From Bdellovibrio sp. (lineage in GTDB: Bacteria > Bdellovibrionota > Bdellovibrionia > Bdellovibrionales > Bdellovibrionaceae), in NCBI GenBank assembly GCA_036676395.1, contig JAKFCY010000002.1:640001-704000 (forward strand): a stretch of DNA of 64,000 bases, given 5' to 3'. Numbering within the stretch: the stretch's first letter is position 1; each line of letters opens with the position of its first letter. The notes below the pieces were generated by a model. The model saw only the letters and a program-made list of their open reading frames with translations, made no database searches and was not told the origin of the DNA. The position numbers were made by a program, and so were the translations under genes. This document shows, piece after piece, positions 10,929 through 22,081 of this stretch.

Positions 10929-10952
10929 ATTTAAAAATTAATTCCTACAAAT

Positions 10953-10990
10953 AAAAAAAGCTAACTCCGTTGAAGAGTTAGCTTTTTTTT
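10953..10990. terminator. Bidirectional intrinsic terminator
   Basis: A7-GCTAACTC-CGTTGAA-GAGTTAGC-T8 between convergent genes. Confidence 0.85.
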
Positions 10991-11029
10991 ACTCTGTAGT
11001 TTAGCTAACAATGTTAGCTAAAACCCTAA

Positions 11030-11464
11030 TTACTTAGGTTGAACGCGTAACATTTTTTGGATTTCAGAAACATGCATTTCTTCATCCATAATCATTTGGC
11101 GAGCGTACTCTTCTAAGAATACTGAAGAGCCTTCAACTAGTTTTAATAAATTATGTAAGTTTTTAAGCTGAGCTAATTCGTGATCTAAGCTTTCTTTTAA
11201 AATATCGTTTAAATTATGTTTGTGAGTTTCTAAAAGAGTTCCGATTTTTAAAGACGGGTGGCCACCTAAAGTTGTGATGTGCTCACCAGCTTGCGAAGCA
11301 TGTCCTAATGATTCAGTCGCTTGATCGCGAAACCATTTAATGATTGGAATTCTGTTGTGGCCGAAAACCATTAACGAGTAGTGCGTGTAACGAACAACTC
11401 CGGCAAGTTCAGCTTCCATGATTTTGTTTAGTGCATCGATTACTTTTTTCTCGTTCATAGCCAT
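11030..11464 (-). CDS. Bacterioferritin-like (ferritin superfamily) protein
   Basis: E..ELAGVVRYTHY, ESLGHA..AGEHI..LGGHP, DEEMH di-iron ligand pattern. Confidence 0.85.
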   Translation of the reverse strand: MAMNEKKVIDALNKIMEAELAGVVRYTHYSLMVFGHNRIPIIKWFRDQATESLGHASQAGEHITTLGGHPSLKIGTLLETHKHNLNDILKESLDHELAQLKNLHNLLKLVEGSSVFLEEYARQMIMDEEMHVSEIQKMLRVQPK

Positions 11465-11597
11465 ACTTAGCTCCTCTACAATGGTTCTGGGTAAAAATAC
11501 CCTATAAATGAAAGCTAAATGAAAATGAACTGAAAGTCCAATAATAAGTTAAATCCATACCGTTGTAATACGGTAGGGCCTTTGGTATTGAACCGCC

Positions 11598-13277
11598 ATG
11601 TCATTAAATCGTCGCCAATTCATTAAGTCGTCTTCATTCGCAAGTTTTGTTTTAGGCTATTCGCTACAGTCAAAAGCAACCACAGGTATTTTGATGGGGC
11701 AGTCTCCTACAGCTCCTATTAATGAAAATGCAAATGATAATCCAATTCAAAATGTTCCATACTCTGAATCATCAAGCCTTGATTTCAATGGCGATAATAT
11801 CGATCGTCCGCACGATATCTTATGGAACATTGATGGCTACGTAGCTAAAAAAGGTGGAATCCCTGCCCCTTCAATTTGGAATAGTATCGTGATTGCCGGT
11901 GGTGGTATGTCAGGTCTATTAAGTGCGTATCACTTACAAGCGCACAAACCGATGTTGTTAGAACAAGATAACGTATTTGGCGGAAACTCTAAGGGCGAAA
12001 ACTTTGATGGCTCTTATTATTCAATCGGTGCAGCTTACGTAACGATTCCGGATGAAGGTTCTGATGTTGAGACTTTCTTTAAAGACACAGGCATTGCTGA
12101 CAAACTTAAATTAGAATCTGATACAGAAACTTCTGTAAACTTTAAAAATGCTTTAATGCGCGATTTCTGGAAAGGCGCAAGTGATCCAGAAAATGCAGAG
12201 CAATTTATTGCGGTTGAAGAAGAAATGCGCCGTATTTATAACGATGCGTACCCTGATATTCCATGGTTTGAAGATTCAGCAATTACTTTTGAAGAATTAT
12301 GCCGCTTAGACAAAATGACTTTTGATAAATGGCTTGATGAAACTTTTGAAGTGGTGCATCCGCATGTGCGCGAATATTTTCAAGCTTATTGCTGGTCATC
12401 TTTTGGTGGTTCGATCGATGAATTGTCTGCAGCGCAAGTATTAAACTTTGTGACCGCAGAAGTTGATGGGGTATTAGCTTTACCTGGTGGTAATGCGTAC
12501 ATCACTCAGACCTTACATACACAATTAAAAGCAAATTTACCTGAAGGCCATGTGTTATCAGGTGCCTTTGTATTACGTATTCATGAGCAAGAATCTGGAA
12601 AAGTATGGGTTACATTTGAAAGCAAACAAGGCGAGTTAATCACGGTTGAATGTGATCAAGTGGTATGTGCGTTTCCAAAATTTGTTGCCGAGCGCGTGAT
12701 CGTGAACATCGAACCTGAGCGTGTAAAAGCGATTCAAAGTTTAATGTGGCGTGGGTACATCGTGACTAATGTGATTTTAGACAGCGCTGTTAAATCACCT
12801 GGATTTGATATTTTTAATTTAAACGGCAAAATGCAACCGGCGCCGACTCCATTTAATCAGCCAAAAAATTTAACGACTGATGTTTGTTTTGGAACATGGG
12901 CACAAAATGATGAAGTAAATCATTCGGTAATGACAATGTATCGTCCGTTGCCGTTTGAGGGCGCGCGCCAATTTTTATTTAACCCTATGGCCCATCAAAA
13001 ACATTTGATCGCTTCACAAAAAGAGATCGTTGAATTTGCTAAAACCGTAAATATCGATGTCGCTAAAATTAAGGGCTATCGTTTGACACGTTGGGGGCAT
13101 TCTTTGCCTTTAGCTAGTGCTGGAACAATCAGTGACGGTACCGTACAAGCGTTAATTAAGCCTATTAATGACCGTATATTCTTCGTGAACCAAGATAACT
13201 GGGTAAATCCAGCTTTTGAGTGCGCATTTAGTGAAGCTTTGACAGTTGCACAAAAGATAGAATCTCTAAAAGCGTAG
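11598..13277 (+). CDS. Tat-exported FAD-dependent oxidoreductase (amine oxidase-like)
   Basis: NRRQFIK twin-arginine signal; IAGGGMSGL..A...LLE..FGGNS FAD motif; RWGH near the C-terminus. Confidence 0.85.
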   Translation: MSLNRRQFIKSSSFASFVLGYSLQSKATTGILMGQSPTAPINENANDNPIQNVPYSESSSLDFNGDNIDRPHDILWNIDGYVAKKGGIPAPSIWNSIVIAGGGMSGLLSAYHLQAHKPMLLEQDNVFGGNSKGENFDGSYYSIGAAYVTIPDEGSDVETFFKDTGIADKLKLESDTETSVNFKNALMRDFWKGASDPENAEQFIAVEEEMRRIYNDAYPDIPWFEDSAITFEELCRLDKMTFDKWLDETFEVVHPHVREYFQAYCWSSFGGSIDELSAAQVLNFVTAEVDGVLALPGGNAYITQTLHTQLKANLPEGHVLSGAFVLRIHEQESGKVWVTFESKQGELITVECDQVVCAFPKFVAERVIVNIEPERVKAIQSLMWRGYIVTNVILDSAVKSPGFDIFNLNGKMQPAPTPFNQPKNLTTDVCFGTWAQNDEVNHSVMTMYRPLPFEGARQFLFNPMAHQKHLIASQKEIVEFAKTVNIDVAKIKGYRLTRWGHSLPLASAGTISDGTVQALIKPINDRIFFVNQDNWVNPAFECAFSEALTVAQKIESLKA

Positions 13278-13293
13278 TGTTACGCTTTTAGAG

Positions 13294-13851
13294 ATGGCTA
13301 AACTAAAACATCTCATTACCCATGCGGTAAAATTACTTCAGTATTACATAAATCGTGCTTGGTATTTGCCAATGTTATCGCTATTGGCTTTTTTAGATAA
13401 TTTTTTAGTCGTTGTTCCGACTGATGGCATTTTAATTTCAAGTTCGATGTTAAAACCGCAGAAATGGTTTTCATTTAGTTTTTGCGTGGCTGCAGGTTCT
13501 GCAATTGGTGCGTTAGCGTTAGCGTTAGTTATCGAAGTTTATGGCATTCATGTTGTTGAATATTTTTTTCCGAATATTCAAACAAGTTCAGCCTGGATAC
13601 GCACCCAGGGCTTTTTTGAAGATTATGGCTTATGGTTATTATTTGCTGTGGCGGTTACGCCCTTTACCCAACAGCCTGCCGTAATCTTAGCTGTTCTGGC
13701 CGGCGTGCCTGTTTTTCAGATTTTTGTGATTGGCTTTTTAGGGCGTTGGATTAAATTTTCATTAATGGCTTATGTTGGGTCACATGCACCACACTTAATT
13801 AAAAAGATCTGGGGCGTACAAGACGAGCTTCATGAAGTGGGTATCGATTGA
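13294..13851 (+). CDS. YqaA/DedA (VTT domain) membrane protein
   Basis: Hydrophobic; VPTD.IL, GS.IGA, TPF and GR.IKF motifs. Confidence 0.75.
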   Translation: MAKLKHLITHAVKLLQYYINRAWYLPMLSLLAFLDNFLVVVPTDGILISSSMLKPQKWFSFSFCVAAGSAIGALALALVIEVYGIHVVEYFFPNIQTSSAWIRTQGFFEDYGLWLLFAVAVTPFTQQPAVILAVLAGVPVFQIFVIGFLGRWIKFSLMAYVGSHAPHLIKKIWGVQDELHEVGID

Positions 13852-14351
13852 AAAGTTTTTCTAAAGTGATCAACATTCTGATTCTAGCCGGAGTCGTATA
13901 TATGTTCGCCACTAAAGTTCCTGGCATATATGCGCATTTTAAATCTGAAGGATCTAAAGTTTCAGATTTTTCAGTCTTACAGAATAACGGCGAAGAATTT
14001 AATTCACAAACTTTGGCTACGAAAAAAGTTATCGTGTTTTGGGCAACGTGGTGTCCGCCCTGTGAATTAGAACTTTCGCGCATCAACGATTTAGTTAAAG
14101 AAAAAAGAATTTCTGCAGACTCAGTTTTAGCGATTTCGATCAGCGAAGAAAAACAAACCGTTGATAAGGTCATTGCTGAGCGTGGTTATCAATTTCAGGT
14201 CGGTTATGATTTTGATGGCGCCGTTGCCAGCAAGTTTGCCGTCGCCGGAACTCCTACAGTTGTATTTTTAAATGCTGATAAAACGATTAACTGGATCACG
14301 ACTGGTTTAAGTCCGTTTTTAAAATTACGTATAAATATGTTTTTGGATTAA
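13848..14351 (+). CDS. TlpA-like thiol-disulfide reductase
   Basis: N-terminal anchor; FWATWCPPC; V.GTPT. Confidence 0.9.
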   Translation: MKSFSKVINILILAGVVYMFATKVPGIYAHFKSEGSKVSDFSVLQNNGEEFNSQTLATKKVIVFWATWCPPCELELSRINDLVKEKRISADSVLAISISEEKQTVDKVIAERGYQFQVGYDFDGAVASKFAVAGTPTVVFLNADKTINWITTGLSPFLKLRINMFLD

Positions 14352-14353
14352 TT

Positions 14354-14995
14354 ATGTGTGCACAATTTGGGTTGAAAGTAAGCGCTAGTGAATTGAGAGA
14401 ATTGGGAATTTCTGTATCAAGTGCGCTTGAGGGTGTAGATGAAAGATTTCTTCCCTACACAAAAGTGCCGGTCATAGTTTTAACACCACAAGGACTAAAG
14501 CTTACGGCGATGAATTTTTCGCTGGTTCCAGCGTGGTCAAAAGAACCCAAAGTAAAATTTGCGACCCATAATGCCCGAATTGAAACCGTAATAGAAAAGC
14601 CTGCATGGCGTGAACCTTTTCAAAGCAAGCACTGTTTGTTGCCGATGACAAATTTTTTTGAATCAGCCTACGCGGGACCGCATGCGGGGCATATTATATC
14701 TTTTAATTCTGATTTAATGTTTGCCGCGGGTCTTTTTGATGTCTGGGTTAATCCAGAAACGAAAGAGCAATTGTTTTCATGCACGATATTAACAACCGAG
14801 CCATCGGCCTTTATCTTAGAAAATGGCCATGACCGTACGCCGATATTTTTAAATTTTGAAGATGGTAAGCAATGGCTTAGTTTGCGCGCGCCAGAAAAAG
14901 AAATGGTCGACTTCTTGCTATCTAAAAATGTTTACCCTGATTTGCAAGTCTCTCGTGACCGCGCGCTTAAATCTGGCTGGGAAAAACGGGCTTAA
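14354..14995 (+). CDS. SRAP (YedK/HMCES-like) abasic-site protein
   Basis: Starts MC; NARIET, FFE, AGLFDVW, TILT and HDRTP motifs. Confidence 0.9.
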   Translation: MCAQFGLKVSASELRELGISVSSALEGVDERFLPYTKVPVIVLTPQGLKLTAMNFSLVPAWSKEPKVKFATHNARIETVIEKPAWREPFQSKHCLLPMTNFFESAYAGPHAGHIISFNSDLMFAAGLFDVWVNPETKEQLFSCTILTTEPSAFILENGHDRTPIFLNFEDGKQWLSLRAPEKEMVDFLLSKNVYPDLQVSRDRALKSGWEKRA

Positions 14996-15008
14996 AGAAA
15001 GGCTATTT

Positions 15009-15374
15009 ATGAAAGAAAAAGTAGTGATCCTTGGAGCTTCAGATAACCCTGATCGTTTTGCTCATAAAGCCATGCTGATGTTAGAACAGTACGGCCATCA
15101 GCCAATCCTTGTAAATCCCACATTAAGCGAAATTGCAGGGCACACCGTGATCGCAGATCTTGATCAGGTGCCAAGGCCAATCGACACCTTAACGATGTAC
15201 GTAAACCCGCGTATCAGCATAAACCTAAAAGAAAAAATTATTGCGTTAAATCCAAAACGGGTGATCTTTAACCCCGGTACAGAAAATCCGGCAATTGAGT
15301 TCGCACTAAAAAAAACAGGCATAGATACGATCCATGCCTGTACGTTAGTTTTGTTGTCTACCGGTAAATACTAG
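15009..15374 (+). CDS. CoA-binding protein (YccU-like)
   Basis: Start reassigned to [32 protein letters not shown] and ACTLVLL motifs. Confidence 0.9.
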   Translation: MKEKVVILGASDNPDRFAHKAMLMLEQYGHQPILVNPTLSEIAGHTVIADLDQVPRPIDTLTMYVNPRISINLKEKIIALNPKRVIFNPGTENPAIEFALKKTGIDTIHACTLVLLSTGKY

Positions 15375-17191
15375 ATTGAAGCTTCGGGAGCTGGTGATCC
15401 AGCTTTTTTAAAGCCCATTGCTTTTGTTTCTTGAATATTGATGAATTCAAGAGGTAAAGAATTTTTTAAGGTTAAGAAAAATTCTTTATGCGAAGCCATT
15501 TCCATATTCCATTGTGTATTATCGATTTTCATCGCTGCATTAAATTGATCATGAGAAAATTCTAAACCTTCCCAGTTAAGATCATTGTATTGCGGAGAAT
15601 AGCCTAATTCAGTTTCAACAGCATGAGCTGTATTATCGATGCGGTTAAACATCCATTGAAGAACGCGCATGTTATCGCCGTAACCTGGCCACATGAATTT
15701 ACCCTGTTCGTTTTTACGAAACCAGTTCACGATAAAAATTTCTGGAGTCTTAGCAATACGGTTTGGCATTTTTAACCAGTGCTTGAAGTAATCACCAATA
15801 TTGTAACCGCAGAACGGTAACATCGCCATTGGGTCACGACGAACAACACCCACTTTACCAGTTGCTGCTGCAGTTGTTTCAGAACCCACAGTGGCTGCGA
15901 AGTAAACGCCTGTGTTCCAGTCTTTAGCCTGAGAAACCAATGGGATGGTATCTGCACGACGGCCACCGAAGATAAAGGCATCAATTGGTACACCTGCTGG
16001 ATTTTCCATTTCTGCATCTGCAGATGGGCATTGTGAAGCCGGAACAGTGAAACGTGCATTCGGGTGAGCCGCAAGTCTGCCGCAGCCTGGAGTCCACTCT
16101 TGGCCTTGCCAGTCAGTTAATTTTGCAGGCGGAGTATCAGTCATACCTTCCCACCAAACATCACCTTCAGGAGTTAAGGCTACATTCGTGAAAATTGTAT
16201 TTTTCGCGATAGTTAACATCGCATTTGGATTTGTTTTAAAACTTGTTCCTGGGGCTACACCGAAAAATCCAGCTTCTGGATTGATTGCGCGTAACTGGCC
16301 ATTAAGATCAGGTTTGATCCATGCGATATCATCACCAACAGTTGTGATCTTCCAGTCTTGAAATTCTTGTGGCGGAATTAACATTGCGAAATTTGTTTTT
16401 CCGCAGGCCGATGGAAATGCCGCTGCTACATATTTTTTTTCTTGTTTAGCATTTTCAACACCTAAGATTAACATGTGTTCAGCTAACCAGCCTTCTTCGC
16501 GACCTAAAGTTGAAGCGATACGAAGGGCGAAACATTTTTTTCCTAATAAGGCATTGCCGCCGTAACCAGAACCGAAAGACCAGATTGATTTTTGTTCTGG
16601 GTAATGAACGATGTATTTTGTGTCAGCGTTGCATGGCCATGTCACATCTTTTTGACCAGCTTGTAATGGCGCACCTACAGAGTGAACACATTTTACGTAG
16701 TCAGTGTTATCGTTTACTAAATTCATCACTTGCGCACCGATGCGAGTCATCACGCGCATGTTGATTACAACGTATGGAGAATCTGTAATTTCAAAACCGA
16801 TTTTAGAAATTGGTGAACCTAAAGGGCCCATGCAAAAAGGAATCACGTACATCGTGCGGCCTTGCATACAACCGTCAAAAAGTTTTCCTAGAGTTTGTTG
16901 CATTTGTTCTGGAGCCATCCAGTTATTTGTTGGCCCTGCATCTTCTTGTTTTTCAGAACAGATAAAAGTTCTGTCTTCAACACGCGCAACGTCTGCTGGA
17001 TTTGATAAAGCTAAGTATGAATTCGGGCGTAGTGTTTCATTTAATTTTTTTAATGTGCCTGAAGCGATCATTAAGTCGATCAGCTTTTGGTTTTCAGCCT
17101 CTGAGCCATCGCACCAGTGGATATTTGTTGGCTTTGTTAAAGCCGCGATTTCGTTAACCCAGTTTAATAAATCTTGATTTTGGATTTGCAT
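15371..17191 (-). CDS. pckG: Phosphoenolpyruvate carboxykinase (GTP)
   Basis: [46 protein letters not shown]. Confidence 0.97.
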   Translation of the reverse strand: MQIQNQDLLNWVNEIAALTKPTNIHWCDGSEAENQKLIDLMIASGTLKKLNETLRPNSYLALSNPADVARVEDRTFICSEKQEDAGPTNNWMAPEQMQQTLGKLFDGCMQGRTMYVIPFCMGPLGSPISKIGFEITDSPYVVINMRVMTRIGAQVMNLVNDNTDYVKCVHSVGAPLQAGQKDVTWPCNADTKYIVHYPEQKSIWSFGSGYGGNALLGKKCFALRIASTLGREEGWLAEHMLILGVENAKQEKKYVAAAFPSACGKTNFAMLIPPQEFQDWKITTVGDDIAWIKPDLNGQLRAINPEAGFFGVAPGTSFKTNPNAMLTIAKNTIFTNVALTPEGDVWWEGMTDTPPAKLTDWQGQEWTPGCGRLAAHPNARFTVPASQCPSADAEMENPAGVPIDAFIFGGRRADTIPLVSQAKDWNTGVYFAATVGSETTAAATGKVGVVRRDPMAMLPFCGYNIGDYFKHWLKMPNRIAKTPEIFIVNWFRKNEQGKFMWPGYGDNMRVLQWMFNRIDNTAHAVETELGYSPQYNDLNWEGLEFSHDQFNAAMKIDNTQWNMEMASHKEFFLTLKNSLPLEFINIQETKAMGFKKAGSPAPEASI

Positions 17192-17305
17192 GTCTGCTCC
17201 TATAAAATTTAGAATGACACGTTCTAAACTTTTATAGTTTTGCAGGCAAGAAATGGGTTTGTTTTGCAGCTTTTACAGGCATGATTAGAGGCTAAAAAGC
17301 CTCAT

Positions 17306-17656
17306 TTATAGACTAAAAAGTTCGCGAATGGCCTCGGCCAATTTTTCACGTGGAATTACGCCTGCACTCATTGCTGGTTCTTCGCCAAGTGGAATAAAAA
17401 GCAGGGCAGGAATAGAGCGCACTTCGAACAGGGCTGCAAGCTCAGGAGACGCTTCAGTGTTGATTTTGTAAAAATTAACCCGGTCTTTAAAGATTTCTTC
17501 AGTATCTTGTAAAATAGGATTCAGTTGATGGCAGGGGCCACACCAATCGGCATAGAAATCAATGATAGCGGGCATTTTACCCCTAAAGGTCCATTCTTTA
17601 TTTTCAGTGAAATCAAAAATTTTTTCTTTAAATGTCTCAATCGTCAGTGTTTCCAT
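17306..17656 (-). CDS. Thioredoxin family protein
   Basis: IIDFYADWCGPC; start probably METLT. Confidence 0.9.
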   Translation of the reverse strand: METLTIETFKEKIFDFTENKEWTFRGKMPAIIDFYADWCGPCHQLNPILQDTEEIFKDRVNFYKINTEASPELAALFEVRSIPALLFIPLGEEPAMSAGVIPREKLAEAIRELFSL

Positions 17657-17752
17657 GACATTAAGTCTTATTAGAAAATGGCGCATTGTCAAAATGTAAT
17701 AGTCACTTGCGAATTATAGATTTGAGCGAAATAATTTTATATTGAGGTTTAT

Positions 17753-18307
17753 ATGAAAATTCTAACTTTCGCCGGTTCGTTACGAAAAGATGCTTTAAGT
17801 AAAAAACTTTGCCATGTGGTTTCTGAAATCGTTCAAAAAAATAATTTAGGTGAGATTCATTTTGTTGATTTACAACCCTTGAACATTCCCGTTTATGATG
17901 GCGACTTTGAAACTTCACAGGGGATTCCTGCAGGAGTCATGAGTTTAGGAAAACAAATCACGGCAGCTGATGCATTGATTGTTTGTACACCTGAATACAA
18001 TGGTTCGATTCCAGGTTCGTTAAAAAATGTAGTTGATTGGTTATCGCGTGAAAAGCCTGTGCCTTTAACAGGTAAACCGATGTTGCTATTAGGTTCTTCA
18101 CCTGGAGCAATGGGCGGAATTCGTTCGCTATGGCATTCGCGTCAGCCTTTTGAGGTTTTAAATACGCAGCTCTATCCGGAAATGATGGCTGTAGGTAAAG
18201 CTCATGAAGTTATTTTAGAAAATCACACTTTGAGTGAACCTAAGTTACAGCAAAATCTTGAGCGTTTACTTAAAGATTTTACCACACACGTACAAAAATT
18301 TCTCTAA
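17753..18307 (+). CDS. NADPH-dependent FMN reductase
   Basis: GSLRK, TPEYNGSIPGSLKN..DWLSR, SPG..GG.R. Confidence 0.93.
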   Translation: MKILTFAGSLRKDALSKKLCHVVSEIVQKNNLGEIHFVDLQPLNIPVYDGDFETSQGIPAGVMSLGKQITAADALIVCTPEYNGSIPGSLKNVVDWLSREKPVPLTGKPMLLLGSSPGAMGGIRSLWHSRQPFEVLNTQLYPEMMAVGKAHEVILENHTLSEPKLQQNLERLLKDFTTHVQKFL

Positions 18308-20823
18308 TGGCTAGAACTATTTAATTTATCCAGCAGCAGAAGTTTTTGTTTTAAATTAAAATAATCAGCCCACGGGTCTTTTGCTGTTTTTAAAATTTTT
18401 AAAACTTTATCCACAGTAAAGTCTTTCGCAGATTTTACTTTCTTTAAGCTTTGCCAGGAAATCGGAAAAGCTACGGTGGCTTCACTTTGGGCACGCGCTG
18501 AATAGGGTGTAATAGCTGTGGCACCGTAACCGTTACGTAAATAATCTAAAAATATTTTTTTGTTGCGTTTGGATTTTGAAATTACCGTAGTGAAACTTTG
18601 CGGATATTCATGCACTAACTGATCACACACAGTTTTTGCAAAGTTTTTAACTTCGTCAAAGTTATATTTACGCTGAATCGGTACATGTAAATGTAATCCT
18701 TTACCGCCACTGACCAAAAGAAAACTTTTAAGCTTAAGCCGGTCGAGCAAGTCTTTAAGCGCAAAAGCGGCTTCTTTTACTTTTTCAAAAGTGACATTGG
18801 GTGCAGGATCTAAATCAAAAACGATGACATCGGGGTGGTCGACTTGATGAATTTTACATCCGCGCGAATGAATTTCAAGTGTACCTAACTGCACAAGCTC
18901 TAAAATTCCGGTGAGCGAATCGACATATAAAACTTCATCGGGTTTATTTTTTAATTCAGAATGTAATTTCATTGATTTTAGTCCAACGCCATTGATGTCT
19001 GTGTGTTTTTGAAAAAAACAAGTTTTACCAACGCCGTTCGGGCACCTTAGTAAGGCCAATGGGCGGTTTTCGACATAAGGTAAAATCCATTTTTGAATAG
19101 TTTTATAATAATCAGCTAACTCTCTTTTTGTAAGTTTTGCTTTTGCAAATAGGATTTTATCTGGATTACTAATAGGTACATCTTTTGGTTCTGGTGGCTC
19201 TTTAACTGGCGGGCCTTTTTTTGTTGGTGCTTTTTCTTTTTGGCTGATCAGAGTGTTTAATGTTTTTTCTTCAAGTGTCACGGTTTTTGCCTTTTTGTCA
19301 TAACGTAATCCTTTATAGGCAGCATGTCTTAAAATTTTCTCATCTGTCCATGCACCGAATTCAATTTGCGCGACCAGAGCGGGCTTTACAAAGCTCATGC
19401 TGCGGCGGCGGTCATGGGCTGTCATTGCTGGAGAACCTTTTTTGAAATAGCTTTTTTCACTTTTTATTTTTTTTAGTTTTTCTAATAATTTTGTGCTTTC
19501 AGCAGAATTAAAACCAGTTCCTACACGGCCAATATATTGAAATTCATTTTGTGCATTATAGGCGCCCATTAAGAGTGCCCCCAGAGAATTATTTTTGTTT
19601 TGTAAAGTGTAACCGCCTATCACGAATTCCTGAACTTTAGAACATTTGCTTTTAATCCAGTTTTTCGTGCGTCCTGACTGGTAAATACTTTGAACTTCTT
19701 TTGAAACAATTCCTTCAAGGTTTAAATGGCAGGCTGATTTTAGAACGTTCTTGCCGTCGCCTCGCCAGTGGTCGCTGAAAAGTATTTTTTTTGAAGGAGT
19801 TTCTTTTAATAATTTTTTTAAAAGAGTTTTTCTCTCTAAGAGCGGGTAGTCCCGCAGATCTTGTCCGTTAAAGTGCAGTATATCGAACACGTAATAAAAA
19901 AGTTCATTGCTTCTATGATTGTCTAAAGAATTTTGCAGGCCCTGAAAGTGGCTAACTCCGTTGTCATCAACCCACACGATTTCTCCATCTAGCATCACAG
20001 AGGCAGCCGGGATTTTTTTACATTCTTGTTCAATAAACTTATACTTGCTTGTCCAATCTAATCCTGACCTGGTTAAAAGTTTAATGTTTGATTTTTTTTT
20101 GTGGCAAAGAGTCCGGTAGCCATCAAGTTTAATTTCATGAATCCAGTTTTCACCCTGAGGCGCAACTTCTGCTAAAAGCGCTAACTGCGGTGCTACGAAT
20201 TCTGGCAGCGCTGTTTTTACGGCTTTTATCTTTTTAGGTTTGCGCACTGGTTTTTTTACCCGGGCCTCAAAGTTGTCGTCGGGAAGTTTTTTGCCAGAGA
20301 TAACGCTTTTATCGTTTTCTAAGATATCCACATTATCTTCGGCAAACTGATCATGCCTTTTAATTAAAAGCCATTGGCTTTTTTTTGAATTTCCAATTTT
20401 TCGTGTCCGCACCAATAACCAGCGGCCGGATAGTTTTTCACCATGTAATTCAAACTCAAGGCGTCCACTTTCAAGAGCTTTAAGCGGATTTTTCGGCGGA
20501 ATCCATTCGCCGCGATCCCACACAATCACATCACCACCACCATATTCTCCAAGCGGAATGCTTCCTTCAAAATAAGCGTAGTCCATAGGGTGATCTTCTA
20601 CTTCTACGGCTAAGCGTTTATCTTCGGGATTTAAAGAAGGGCCTTTAGGAATAGCCCAGCTTTTTAAAACTCCATCTAATTCCAGACGAAAATCATAATG
20701 TAGATGCGAGGCCGCGTGTTTTTGAATGACGAAAATTTTTTTGTTTTTTGTTGAATACTTACGCCCCCGTGGTTCGAGAGTTTTTTTAAAATCACGTTTT
20801 GAATGGTATTCTTGTAAACCCAT
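18304..20823 (-). CDS. ligD: NHEJ DNA ligase D (phosphoesterase-ligase-polymerase order)
   Basis: KHAASHLHYDFRLE (PE), EIKLDGYR and EGIVSK (ligase), RCP.G..CFFQKH, FDLDP and SGGKGLH (PolDom). Confidence 0.97.
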   Translation of the reverse strand: MGLQEYHSKRDFKKTLEPRGRKYSTKNKKIFVIQKHAASHLHYDFRLELDGVLKSWAIPKGPSLNPEDKRLAVEVEDHPMDYAYFEGSIPLGEYGGGDVIVWDRGEWIPPKNPLKALESGRLEFELHGEKLSGRWLLVRTRKIGNSKKSQWLLIKRHDQFAEDNVDILENDKSVISGKKLPDDNFEARVKKPVRKPKKIKAVKTALPEFVAPQLALLAEVAPQGENWIHEIKLDGYRTLCHKKKSNIKLLTRSGLDWTSKYKFIEQECKKIPAASVMLDGEIVWVDDNGVSHFQGLQNSLDNHRSNELFYYVFDILHFNGQDLRDYPLLERKTLLKKLLKETPSKKILFSDHWRGDGKNVLKSACHLNLEGIVSKEVQSIYQSGRTKNWIKSKCSKVQEFVIGGYTLQNKNNSLGALLMGAYNAQNEFQYIGRVGTGFNSAESTKLLEKLKKIKSEKSYFKKGSPAMTAHDRRRSMSFVKPALVAQIEFGAWTDEKILRHAAYKGLRYDKKAKTVTLEEKTLNTLISQKEKAPTKKGPPVKEPPEPKDVPISNPDKILFAKAKLTKRELADYYKTIQKWILPYVENRPLALLRCPNGVGKTCFFQKHTDINGVGLKSMKLHSELKNKPDEVLYVDSLTGILELVQLGTLEIHSRGCKIHQVDHPDVIVFDLDPAPNVTFEKVKEAAFALKDLLDRLKLKSFLLVSGGKGLHLHVPIQRKYNFDEVKNFAKTVCDQLVHEYPQSFTTVISKSKRNKKIFLDYLRNGYGATAITPYSARAQSEATVAFPISWQSLKKVKSAKDFTVDKVLKILKTAKDPWADYFNLKQKLLLLDKLNSSSH

Positions 20824-20831
20824 ATATAATC

Positions 20832-21740
20832 CTAATGCAATCTATGCTGAGCTGTTGCTTTCGATTTTTTATGAGAGGCCGATTTTTTGCGCGCGGCTGA
20901 CAATTGCGCTGCCGAAGCTTTTTCAGAACGTTTTGCCGCAGGTTTTCCCCGCGAAATACTTTTTTGCAGTAACGACATAAGATCGGCTGAATTTGTATTT
21001 GTGGCCTTGGGTGCTTCTTCGTACTCGGCAGCTTCTTTGGTATCTCCGGCTTTAATTTTATGGGTAATATATTTCTTAAGATCTTCCTGATATGTGTCGT
21101 GGTATTTTTCTGGTTTCCACTTTTCTGTCATTTCATCGACTAAAGTTTTTGCGGCCTTCATTTCACGGGGTGAAATTCTGACATGCGAGATATCATAGTC
21201 GTGAAGAAACTTTGCTTGTTTGACTTCGGTAACTTCATGGGCAAAACGCATAATTTCTAGTATTAAATATTCACCACGCGGAATAATAGTCACTAAATGC
21301 TGGCGGTTCCGAAGCACAAATTTAGCAACAGCAGCTTTCTTAGTTTCTTCTAAGATATTTCGCAGAAGCACATAACCTTTTTCGCCATTTTTGCCTGGCA
21401 CCAGATAATACGGTTTTTCGAATAGTAAAAAATCAACCTCTTTTAGATTTACAAAGTCTTCGATATCTATAGTCTGTGTTGATTTTGGATTCGCTTTTTT
21501 CAGTTCTTCGTCCGTTACTGTGACAAACTGATTTTTTTCATATTCGAAAGCTTTAATAATATTTTTTCTATCGATTTCTTTACCAGTAGATTTTGTATAT
21601 TGTTTGTAGCCAATCGGCGAGTAGTTGCGTTTATCGAGCATACGAAAACTAATTCGTTCGTCTTCTTTTGCACTCATGACTGAGACGGGAATGTTTAACA
21701 ACCCAAAACTAATGGCTCCATTCCATATACCACGCGCCAT
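20832..21740 (-). CDS. ku: NHEJ Ku protein
   Basis: IWNGAISFGLLNIPV, IDIEDFV, PYYLVP, WKPEKYHDTY, basic C-terminal tail; adjacent to ligD. Confidence 0.97.
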   Translation of the reverse strand: MARGIWNGAISFGLLNIPVSVMSAKEDERISFRMLDKRNYSPIGYKQYTKSTGKEIDRKNIIKAFEYEKNQFVTVTDEELKKANPKSTQTIDIEDFVNLKEVDFLLFEKPYYLVPGKNGEKGYVLLRNILEETKKAAVAKFVLRNRQHLVTIIPRGEYLILEIMRFAHEVTEVKQAKFLHDYDISHVRISPREMKAAKTLVDEMTEKWKPEKYHDTYQEDLKKYITHKIKAGDTKEAAEYEEAPKATNTNSADLMSLLQKSISRGKPAAKRSEKASAAQLSAARKKSASHKKSKATAQHRLH

Positions 21741-21757
21741 AATACTCTCTCCTTTAG

Positions 21758-21946
21758 TTAAATCAGTTTTTCATTGTGCTGGCGGGCTTTATTTCGCGAC
21801 TTGCGAGCATCTTCGCCAACCACATCATGAGCACCTTCATATTCGGTTGAATCTTTCATATCATTATCGTGCAATGTCGCTGAATTTTTATGAACACGAG
21901 TGACCTGACTTTTTTTATGCTTATTACTGCGTGAAGCCATTGTCAT
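21758..21946 (-). CDS. Small hydrophilic protein heading the ku-ligD operon
   Basis: GGAGG RBS before ATG 21946; highly charged 62 aa. Confidence 0.6.
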   Translation of the reverse strand: MTMASRSNKHKKSQVTRVHKNSATLHDNDMKDSTEYEGAHDVVGEDARKSRNKARQHNEKLI

Positions 21947-21974
21947 ATAAACCTCCATTTATAGAATAAAGTGC

Positions 21975-21990
21975 AGCAAAGCGCTTGCCT
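21975..21990 (-). promoter_or_regulatory. Putative sigma54 promoter of small ORF-ku-ligD
   Basis: Minus strand AGGCAAGCGCTTTGCT (GG-N10-GC with TTGC). Confidence 0.5.
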
Positions 21991-22081
21991 ATAGCAGCTT
22001 GAACCTGGAAGTTATAATTATTTTTTCAGGGTAATAATGGGACGTTTACCGAGGAACAGTTATTGCTGTTTAATGACGGTG

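Noticed and set aside
11507..11530. Fur-box-like AATGAAA repeats upstream of the ferritin-like gene
   Set aside because: Weak match in AT-rich DNA; not supportable by eye.
14856..15008. N-terminal extension of the CoA-binding protein overlapping SRAP
   Set aside because: The recognisable domain begins at ATG 15009; the extension is an ORF-caller artefact.
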